64,000 nt of DNA from Amoebophrya sp. A120 (Eukaryota; Protista; Dinoflagellata). The notes below the pieces were generated by a model. That model did no database searches, had not been told where the DNA came from, and saw nothing but the letters and a program-made list of their open reading frames with translations. The stretch is taken from NCBI GenBank assembly GCA_905178155.1, contig CAJINV010000009.1:1485907-1549906 (forward strand). The letters run 5' to 3'. A program made the position numbers and the translations under genes. Shown piece after piece: positions 49,680-59,521 of the stretch (position 1 is the stretch's first letter; each line of letters begins with the position of its first letter).

Positions 49680-52386
49680 ATGGTATCGCTTTCGTCCGTT
49701 CCGCGGCAAATCATCCATCACCACTTATTTTATGGTAACTACGACGGACATCCGCCGGGCGATCTCGAACTCGCCATCTCCACATTGCGGCGACCCATGA
49801 CGCCACAGTTGACACAAGATGACAGCGACGAGCGCGCGTTGATTTTTCTTGCCGGCGACAGCAGTCTGGACAACAAATTTTGGCTCGGCCAGCGTGCACA
49901 GGCGCTAAATGGCTACGAAAATATCATCCTCCCCCCTCTGATGAAGCAAGACGTTTGCTTCTGGATCAACTCCTACCTGATCAGAAAAAATCTCCACGCA
50001 AATACCGCCTGCGTCAACTGCGCTGTCGAGGCGAGCTCTTTGTCCTCCCGAGCGTTTGGCGTGCTGCACAAACAGGACGCGATCATCCAAAAATCCCTAA
50101 CGCCCAAAGACACCCTGATTGTCAGCATCGGGGGGAACGACATCGCACTAGTGCCGAGTCTGTTGACCGTCGCGAACTTACTTGTCCTCAGTTGGTTGGT
50201 CCCGAAAACCTGCACGGAAAAATGTGCCTGCAGCGTCGGGCCGCCGAATCTCGTTCCGGACATGGGCTGTTGCTGCGGCTGCCATGTGCTGAACTGTGCC
50301 CAGAGCTATCTCTGCGGGTGGCCACCGGGATTTGGGTACTTCGTGGATTTATTCAAAAACCGCGTGAAGAACTATGTGAAGAAACTGGTGAAGATCTCTT
50401 CAACCGGGCGGGTGAAGAAGATGAAACCGAGACGCAGCAGCAAGAGCAGGCTTTGGAGCTAAGGGTGAACGCAGCAGAAGTGATTACCGAAGAGGGCATC
50501 TCCGAGAAGGTTTTGCCGTTCGAGTCATACGATCTCGTGGACAACGAGAGTGCCATCAGCCGACTCTTGTCGAGGGAGGCGAGCCATGAGGGAGACGTCC
50601 ATATGTTTAAATCAATTATGAGGGCGCAGAAGTTGAATATCATGTATCCGCGGTCGATTTTACATATCTCGGACCTCCTCAACTTGGCAGACGTACTGGG
50701 AAAATACTTTCCTAGTACGCATGAGAAGATGCTGAGGTTCCAGGAGGCTATGAGAGGATACTTCAAGTGGTCGCTGCCAGGAGACAGGAAGATGGTAAAC
50801 GGAGGTCTAGGAGTGCTTCGACGGCTAAAGCAAAAATTGTGATGCAAAAGGGTAATCTGTTTGTGGGCCTTCTGAGAGAGAAGTGCTAACAGCAGAAAAG
50901 AAAGTGCTAGTGGGCGTTCTGGCCGGGAGCCAGTACTGCTAACAGCCTGGAAGAGACCAGGGTCATTTTCGAACGGAAGGTAATTGGAATTGAGTGTTTT
51001 CGGATGCGGTTTTAAAGAGAAAGTAACATCACTACGGAGTCAAGGCAAGGAGGAGAAAAAGGAAGTTGTTTGAGTTGAACATAAAGCAGTCACTCTACGG
51101 GCAGGACATGCGTTTTCGCGTAAGCTTTTACATGTTGGTTTAGTGCCGGTTTTATAACATTACAAAAATTACGTTTTATAAACTTTTCAGCCGCGAGGGC
51201 TTCTCTTCCAACGCGAGGTTGGAAGTCTCCGTCGTTTTGTATTGCGCGAGGCAATAAGAAATGACACCCACTAGCGGTCACGCGAGGTGACTGCGAAACA
51301 GAAGACACAACAGTAGTAAGAAATAAATTTAAGATGTTTTAGTTGTTTTTCACTGAAGAAGCTCTATTCAGCGACAGTTAGTCATGATCTTTGTTGTTTT
51401 AAAAGATATCCAGTTCTCATAATTTGTGATCGTTTTATCAGAATAGGTTATACATATTTGTTTACGAAACTACTTTAAGTCGGGGGGTATGTTAAAATTT
51501 GATGTGCAAATCGATACCAAAATGCTCACATAGTTTCTTTACAAATGTTGTTCGAGAGAGAAAGCGATCGGATCCTTTTTGTTCGTGCGAGTCGAGTCTG
51601 CTCACAAAAAGCGATGAAAGAGCACCAGAATCTCGAATGCTTCCACCTCAACTTTTCCCCTCTGGGCCTCTGGCTCAAGCCAACCAATAATACCGCAGCG
51701 AGCTCTTTTTTTGTGCCAGCGAGAACGTGCACTATTTCTACGTATACGCACCGTGTTCTGCCACTGTTTATGATCCACATTTGCATGCGCAACTGGATCG
51801 AGCCCTAAAATCCACATTATTCAAAAACCGCGTGAAGAACTATGTGAAGAAATTGGTGAAGAACTGCGCTAAAACCGCGACGAAAAACAAGCCTCTTCGT
51901 GTGGTCATTTGCATGATTTACTTCCTGGACACGAACCCGCGGTCGGAATCCTGGGCCGGCTTTGCCTTGTCCTGCATGCGATACAATTCCTACCCCGCAA
52001 TCCTGCAGACCGCGATCCGACAAGTGTTCTACTGGGCCACCGCGACGATCAAGATTGAGAAGTGCGAGGTCATTCCTTTCGCACTGTTTGACGTGTTGGA
52101 CGGAAACACACCGGAGGATTACGTGGCACGGGTGGAGCCCAGCGAGACCGGGGGAAGGAAAATGGCAAAAGCTCTCGTGGAAAAATTGTATCCGGAGATG
52201 AGAGGCGAAAAAAGCGAGACTAGCATGATCACTCAAGATTCTGAGCACGAGGACGCAGATTCTCAACAGAACACACTGGCAACCGCATTGGGCGCTCCAA
52301 CGCCACAGTTCATGACAAGGAGCAGCAGTGTCAATGATGATGTTGAAAAAACGCAGTTTATTCAGCCCCCTGGCATGGGTTCTTGA
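49680..52386 (+). CDS. SGNH/GDSL-like hydrolase split by a 1.4-kb insertion (functional only if the insertion is spliced out)
   Basis: Block I IFLAGDSSLDN and block III VSIGGND lie in the 49680 ORF; VVICMIY...DYVARVEPS lies in the 51727 ORF. Both ORFs contain LFKNRVKNYVKKLVK. Confidence 0.75.
50395..51816 (+). mobile_element. 1,422-bp insertion flanked by a 46-bp direct repeat, carrying a 5'-truncated ORF
   Basis: ttattcaaaaaccgcgtgaagaactatgtgaagaaa(c/t)tggtgaaga at 50349-50394 and 51817-51862. A ~148-codon ORF remnant ends at 50842. Confidence 0.7.
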
Positions 52387-52913
52387 CAAACGATTAAGTG
52401 CGTTGTTTTACTACTTGGCTGCGCTTTTTCTTGATGTTCTCGCGAACTTGCAAAGTTGTCTTATTCGCCGTCGACGATATTTCTGGTGGGCAGAGGCGCA
52501 AAAGAAAAGCCGCCGCGTCATCATAATTCGCTGGTAATTGTGGTCGTGAAGAAATGGTTTCATGCAAAGTGGTCAAACGTGTGCGCTCTATCAGTCAAAT
52601 CGTGGACGTGGAATTTGAAAAATGTGGTCGGCAAGGAATTGTGCGACCAGTCGTTCTTTCACACGTTAGAATCAAAGTTGCTTTGTTGATTTGTTTTCGT
52701 GCCGGTTGTCGACAAACATTGACGACTATAGTAGAATCTACATCTTCCCATCTTCGCAAATAATTTTTGCCATAGGAGCCAAAGAAGCTGCGTTGACTTT
52801 GTGTACACGTAGAGGTGTTGAAGCCCGTGCTTTTCATTTCGCAAAAGGTGCAGAAAACTATAGCGCTTCTTTCACGTCGGCCAACCGCCGCAGCGCCGAC
52901 TAGTAAAACGAAA

Positions 52914-55900
52914 ATGTCAAACGTCCGACCTCAGCAGCTGACGAGCATCCGTCAGGAGACGGCGCAGGGCTTGGCCGAGATGCGACAAGGCCAACAGGAG
53001 GAGCCGCACGCGAAGCGCCAGAAAGTGGAGAACCTGCAGCCACTCGACGCTTCCCTGGCGGACATCCGCCGCGAGGCTATGGGCGTCGGCGCGGCGGGGT
53101 CGTCCAGCAGTAGCAGCAGCCGGCCCCAGACCATGACGGCACTGACGGGCAACGCGAATGCAAACCAGCTGTTCCCGCAGGTGGACAGTGAGAACGCGTT
53201 TTGGTTCTACTACCAAGATGCCCACGAGGACGTCTCTCTGCGGAACGGCGTGTGCCGGGTGTTGCTGTTCGGGAAGATTTTCCTGCCGAACCAGCAGCAG
53301 GTGTCCAGCACGTGTTGCGTCGCGGTGCACAACATGAAGCGAAACGTGTACCTCTTGCTGCGGGAGCAGGGGTTGACGCCAGAGGAGCACGCCAGGAAAG
53401 CCCAAGAAGCGTTTTTGGAATTCCGAGAAGCACAATTGAGAAAATCGCTGCGACAAGGAAGAAGTACCTATTTGTGCATTTTTTTGGTGGAAATTGATGC
53501 ATGATGATGCCGACCCCACATATTTTGCAAAAGAAGTTCTACGGTCAACGATCATGAAATGATCGCGACTTTCTTGCGAGCGCCGTATTATAAAAACAAA
53601 AATGACTTCTAACATGAGCCCTTGGCATGATCTCTACTCACAGACGCCGACGCGGCTTTGGCGCAGGTGACCTGGAAGGCGGTAAAACGAAAGTACGTGT
53701 TTGAGCGCGAGATTCCGCACCCGCACGGCGAACTGCAGTGGTGCAAGGTCACGTTCGACGGTTCGTGCAGCCAAATTCACGACGTTGGAGGCACCCACTA
53801 CTCGGACATCTTCGGCACGCAGACCTCCTTCCTGGAGATGTTGTTCAAAAAGCGGTCCCTGAAGGGCCCGCAGTGGATCCGCGTGACGAACGCCCAGCGG
53901 GGAAATGAGTCGCTCTCTTACTGCCGGTTCGAGGCCCACATTCCCAGCCACAAGTGCGAGTACCTCATGTCCAGCTACGACCTGTTCATGAAGAAGAAGA
54001 CCCCGGTGACCAAAATGCCCTCCATCTCCCCGCCCATCACTGTGGCGATTCTCGGCGTAATATCAAAAGGAAAAATCCCCCCTTCCCATATCGAAACGAA
54101 GTTTCTGATGCTGGATTTCCGTACACAATCAGATTTGTCTTGCAGTAGAGGACTGCAGGCATATGTCAAGCCTCAGTCGAGGGGTTTTGACGTAGGCGCC
54201 TAGCAAGACAAACGCGTATGCTCTAAGCCCAACAGCATCACAAACCGCCTGCGAAATGTGGGGCGCTGTCTGGTCTTGCCTTCTTGCAAGACAGACAGGA
54301 TTTGAGGTCACAAATGCGCATCACAAATTTTCAGACGGATACGTTAACGTTTTCAATATGGGGAGGGGGGATTTTTCCTTACGATAGGTAAAGACGCAGC
54401 AGAAAACCAAGGGCGGCCAGCACGAGTTGACCTACCTGTCCCTCTATCAAATGTAAAAATGTCTGAGTCTGGAAACTTGTAATGCTGCGTTGGGAATAGT
54501 GGATGCCCTGTAATGCACAGGCAAGCATGAGAAATATCTGCGCTAGCTACTCAGATAGAAGGAAGAAACATATACAAAAAGTGGCGACAGGGTTGCTATT
54601 TTAAAGATTGCGCTAAAGCAGCACCCCCCTTCCCCAAGGGGTTCCCCCGGGGCGGGCGCGATGGCGGCTCCGAGTAGGCGGAGCCCTGGGGCCCGATTCT
54701 TCGGAAACGCATAAGAAGGGCGCGCGGAAACAGGTCGGCTAAAGTGCTCGAAAGGGGTACGCTTTGGGGTTGTCCGTCATCGTGATAGGGTCAGCAAGTA
54801 TGACCAATAGCCCCCCAGTTTACGTAATAGCGCGCAACCGGCCAAAAAAGTAAGACTCGAGCAAGTTTGTAAGTCTAACCCTTCAAGGCCACGCCGAAGC
54901 TCCACCTTGCTCGCGGGCTTGGATGGTAAGGGGGTTCTGCCACATGTAGCGCCCACTGGTCGTAGTTGCGCGTAAGTAATCGATAGCGGTTTTGCGGATG
55001 CGGCCGGGTGGTAGTTAGGACGTGGAGCAAGTATCCACCTAGGGGTATCGGCAGAGGCTAAATCTGTTCTAACGCCCAGGTATTGGCAGAGGCTAAATCT
55101 GTTCTAACGCCCACCCGCCAGGAGTCAAATGGTCACTACTACTACGACTTCTTTGTGTTGCGTTTTTCGCATGACAAACTGCGTTTTTGCATGACAGGCC
55201 GAAGGGCCTCTTCTTGGACACGCGTCACAAACTTTTTGGTCATGCCAGACAACCATGACAACTCTCGCAATCTTCCAGACCCAGACATTTTTGCATTTGC
55301 TACCCTCGGGTGTCCCCAGGGGCACGGCTTTCAGGTGGACTCCCCCGCGCCCTGCAACGAGTACCAGGATACATTCTACCGGTGGGGGATATTGAGGGCC
55401 ATCGAGCTGCCGCCGACGGCGAAGCCGAATCAAAAAGTGGTCGACTACGTCTCCGCGCTGCGCCAGCCTCTTCCTGGTATACAAAACTACGAGATGCAGG
55501 TGGCAAACTCCGAGAAGCAGATGCTACTGGATTTCTTGAAGAAGTTGCAGCAAATCGACCCGGACGTCATTGTGCAGCACAACGCGTACGGCTTCGGGTT
55601 GGACGTGTTAGCGAACCGCCTCTCCGTCCATCGCGTGCAAAACTGGGACATGGTATAGTTAGAGGCTACGTTTATTTGGTACAACGCGGTCGCGGCCCCC
55701 CTGCGTCCACCAGAAAAGAAAGATATTTGCGCTAGTGTAGATTTGTTGATCTGTACAAGAAGATCCATGATGGTTTTTACCTTTACCCATAAACACGATA
55801 GATGTCCCGTCTGCGCCGCGTCGGGGATTTTCAGTACCGGAAGACGAGCAACTCGGGCTTTTACCTGGCCCGCCAGCTGACCGTTGGTCGGTTGGTTTGT

Positions 55901-58900
55901 GACTCCCTGCTCTCCTCCCGAGACTTGGTCGGAAAGCTGACCAACTACGAGCTGCCCAGTTTGGCGAAGAAGCTTTTCGATCAGGACGTCCCAGACCCGC
56001 CAGACTACCACGAGTGCGTGCTCGTTTCCACCACGGCGGCGGTGCAAAACTTCGACATGTTTCGGTACTGGCTGTGCTACACGTTTGACGAACTGCGACT
56101 GACGTTCAACATTCTGCACCGCCTGGAGATTCTGACGCTTTCCAAGCAGCTGACCATCATCGGCGGGAATCTCTGGGCACACTCGCTGCAGAACAAGCGC
56201 GCAGAGCGGAACGAATTTCTGCTCGTCCACGAGTTTTACAAGGAAAAGTATCTGTGCCCGGACAAGGCGGACATCTACGCCAAAAAGAACAAAGCCCCCG
56301 CGAACGAGCTGGATTTCATGATCAACGACGCCCTCGACGAAAGCCAGCAGGTTGCGCAGCAGCAAAACGCCCCAGGTGGGAAGGGCAAGGGGCCGCAGTA
56401 CTCCGGGGGGCTGGTGCTGGAGCCGAAAGTGGGGCTGTACGATGACTTTGTGCTGCTTTTGGATTTCAACTCGCTTTACCCGTCCCTGATCCAGGAGTAC
56501 AACATCTGTTTCTCCACCGTGCAGAGACCCCGAGGGGACATCATCGGCACCATGACGGAGCAAGAGCTGATGCAGGCCACGAAGCCGCCGCTGAGCAAAG
56601 ACGAGAAAAACGAAGGGATTCTGCCGCGAGTTTTGAGACGGTTGGTGTCCAGTCGGAAAGAGGTGAAGAAACAGATCAAAGAGACACCCGCGTCCGACAC
56701 AGCGAAGTTGCAGCAGCTGGAAACGAAACAAAAAGCCATCAAGCTGACCGCAAACTCCATGTACGGGTGTCTCGGGTTTTCAAACAGCAGATTCCACGCA
56801 AAACCGATTGCCGCCCTGATCACGCAACGGGGGCGGGGCGCGCTTTCGGAAACGCAACAACTGATTGAAGGGTATCTATTCTATGATAGATTGTCGTCTG
56901 TTTCCTATGCAGTTTTGTCTTATTCATTGATGTGTGCACGCTGGTGTTGAACAGAATATTTGAACGAAATGCATGTCAGTCAGGAACAGAACATGATGCA
57001 GCACACTGTTTAACTGAAACAATTTTCTTGACGTCGCCGTACCAAACACTACTGGTCAAAAACAGGCTTCAATACGACGTTGTGTACGGTGACACCGATT
57101 CTGTGTTTGTGCGGTCGTTCACGAAAGAGTACGGGGACGCCGTGAAAATCGCGCAGAAGATAAAGTCCGAGGTGAACAAAAAATACCGCAAATTGGAAAT
57201 CGACCTGGACGGCGTGTTCCAGCGAATTTTGCTGCTGAAGAAGAAGAAGTACGCGGGGCTGAAGGTGGTGAACTTCGAGAACAAGCAGTTCGAGCAGGAG
57301 TACAAGGGGCTGGACCTCGTTCGTCGCGACTGGTGCAAGCTGTCGAGCGACATGGGAAAGGAGATTCTGGAAAAAATTCTCGGCGGGGAGTACTCCGAGG
57401 ACGGCATCGTGGACTGGATACACGAATACCTGAAGGACATCAGGAAAAAAATCGACAACAACGAGATTCCAATGTATGTCCATTTTTTTTGGGCTACCAC
57501 TTATGTGTAGTTGTGACTCCTAGTCTTTGTATCCGCTTTGCTGTGAAGAAGCGAACGGGAGCAACCAGTTGCGTGTGAATGAAAAGCATGAAAAATATAT
57601 GTCTATGTAGTACTTATCATCACATCAGCGCGCAATACGTGATCACGAAGGGTATTTCGAAGATGCCGCACGAGTACCCGGACCCCCGCAACCAGCCGCA
57701 TGTCATGGTCGCAAAACGCATGATTGAGCGCGGACAGACGGTCAATGTGGGTCTCGAAGTTCAGTACATCCTGTGCCGGCCAAAGATGGTGGAGCAACCG
57801 AACGCTGACCCGATGTCGGACGAGAAAGTGTACACACCCGTCCCGAACTCGGCCATAAAGCCGGAGAACATGAACAACGTGGGTCTGTGTGCGTTCCACA
57901 TCTCGGAGCTGGAAGACGCGAACAACAACATAGAACTGGACAAGGAGTGGTACCTGAAAACGCAAATCCACCCGCCACTCATGCGGCTCCTCCAGCCCAT
58001 CCCGGGGACGGACAGCGGAAAAATCGCCGAAGCGCTCGGCATGGATGCGAGCCGGTTCCAAATCGCGAACCTGGGTGGCGGCGCTATCGACGACGAAATC
58101 GACTTTTCAAATTCGCTCGTCGAGGAAATATTGAATCCTATGACCAGATACAAGGGCGGGAAGTTGAACTTCGAGATCAGCTGTATTTCCTCCTTTTTTT
58201 TTATGCGACAAGGATGGACCTCTCCAACGACGGAAATACATGCAATTCTGTAGTACTAGATTTCCTCCGATATGCATAGAAGCTATTTTGACACAACTTG
58301 CAGGTCCAAACTGCAAGAAGGCTTCCTCGCTGCAGAAACTCCTGGGATTGAACGAAGATTTGAAGGTCATCGACGAAGATCTCGTGCTGCGTTGTGACTA
58401 CTGCGGCGCTTCCGATCCTTCCAGACTCTTCTACCAGATTGCCGATTCCCTGCGGCAGTTCCACAACCGCTATATGGACGGCTTCACGAAATGCACCGAG
58501 CCAACATGTATTTCTCTTTCATTTGGAAAGAGCATTCACGTTTTTTCGTGTTTCTTGGTTCTCTTGGTTCTTGAGTAAGTACTTCGCTATGTGAAAGCGT
58601 TTACGTGCTGCTGCCACCAAACCTCAACAGGTCGTCGCGTCTCGAAAACCTTATCGCTCGCCAGTATTGGTAGGAGGTGCGAGAACCCGCATTGTCGGAA
58701 CGTGGTAAAAGAGGAAGTTACGCAGCAGATGTTTCAGGACGAACTGAATTTGATGTTTGTGTGCGTTACGCAGGCCATAGCCGGCGTGCAGGGCGGCCGA
58801 AAGAAGGACCCGCGGCTGTTCCGGGCTTTGTCGAGCGTGCATGGCTACTTGAACGCTGCCGTCGGCAACAGTGCCTACAATCGCGTGAACCTTACCAGTC

Positions 58901-58977
58901 TCTTCGGCAAAGTCGGCTTCACCGTCCAAACCCCCTTGACAAGCGGCGTGGACGCAGCGGGGAGTGGGGGCGTGTAG
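52914..58977 (+). CDS. POLA1: DNA polymerase alpha catalytic subunit, multi-exon, interrupted by two introners
   Basis: Family B motifs YSGGLVLEPKVGLYDDFVLLLDFNSLYPSLIQEYNICFSTV, KLTANSMYGCLG, YGDTDS and KGLDLVRRDWC. Pol-alpha features FWFYYQDAHE, LLFGK, DPDVIVQHN and RAERNEFLLVHEF; C-terminal Cys clusters. Confidence 0.95.
54061..54386 (-). mobile_element. Family B TIR introner copy B2 (326 bp, TSD cGTAA/gGTAA), reverse orientation relative to B1
   Basis: tatcaaaaggaaaaatccccccttcccatatcgaaa...atatggggaggggggatttttccttacgata. GT-AG intron 54057-54387 gives ...ILG|VKTQQK in frame. Confidence 0.9.
54535..55140 (+). ncRNA. Candidate structured non-coding RNA inside introner A5
   Basis: No long ORF. 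Ten or more hand-identified helices with G-U pairs, repeated GCAAGU(A)-loop hairpins and a 35-nt tandem hairpin (see findings). No family assignment. Confidence 0.5.
55044..55113 (+). repeat. 35-bp tandem duplication
   Basis: ggtat(c/t)ggcagaggctaaatctgttctaacgccca at 55044-55078 and 55079-55113. Confidence 0.95.
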
Positions 58978-59521
58978 TAGCAGAGTGGGGTCTTCTTCTT
59001 TCCCATTCGAGGTGATGATGAGAGAAATGGCGACGATGCGAAGTTGCCTTGGATTAGCAAATAAGGATGTAGGTGTAGCAGCTAAGCCTAAGGCCGAGAA
59101 GAGCTTTTGCCTTTTGACTTGATTGAACATTGAAACTCGTTTTGTGACGAGAAGAACCTCTAAGTTGGAGTTCTCAGTTATTTGACTTTTACGCATTGCG
59201 ATCTATGCTGTCTTTTGCCGCAAAAGTGCCGCTGAGAACAAGCAATCTCACGTCTTGAAGTCGATGAGTCGGCACTTGCTTGGAAGGCTGTTCTCATGTA
59301 TGAATGTAACGATCACCTCGAGTCGCATAAGGGGGATTGGAATGTTAAGTAGAATAGAAGATTGATCTGTTGCTGGCGTTCGAGTTGGAACAGTGTTCAC
59401 GAAGTGGACAAGCGCAGCACTCTAATATTCAAGGAAAGCTGCAACTGTACGAGCCAAAAGCATGTAAATTCACGAGTAGTTGCCACTCAACTTATACGCA
59501 CACCGCAGCTACGCAACGGCG

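Larger units (their letters stand above)
54445..55302 (+). mobile_element. Long family A TIR introner copy A5 (858 bp, TSD CCCTC) with internal cargo
   Basis: tatcaaatgtaaaaatgtctgagtctggaa...ttccagacccagacatttttgcatttgcta. CCCTC at 54440-54444 and 55303-55307. Removing the element plus one TSD gives TYLSL|GCPQGHGF in frame. Confidence 0.88.

Noticed and set aside
50770-50842. C-terminus GDRKMVNGGLGVLRR of the insert ORF looks faintly like the TnpB/Fanzor RuvC-III motif (DRDxNAAxNI)
   Set aside because: The spacing differs, the catalytic Asp position is not matched, and there is no preceding CxxC zinc finger or RuvC-II Glu motif. HHpred would settle it.
55044-55113. 35-bp repeats of CRISPR-like length
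   Set aside because: Only two copies, head-to-tail with no spacer; eukaryotic context and no cas genes.
55487-56731. 414-aa minus-strand ORF and similar antisense ORFs (28226-29101, 35677-36414, 31920-32699)
   Set aside because: Antisense shadows of well-supported + strand genes with biased codon usage.
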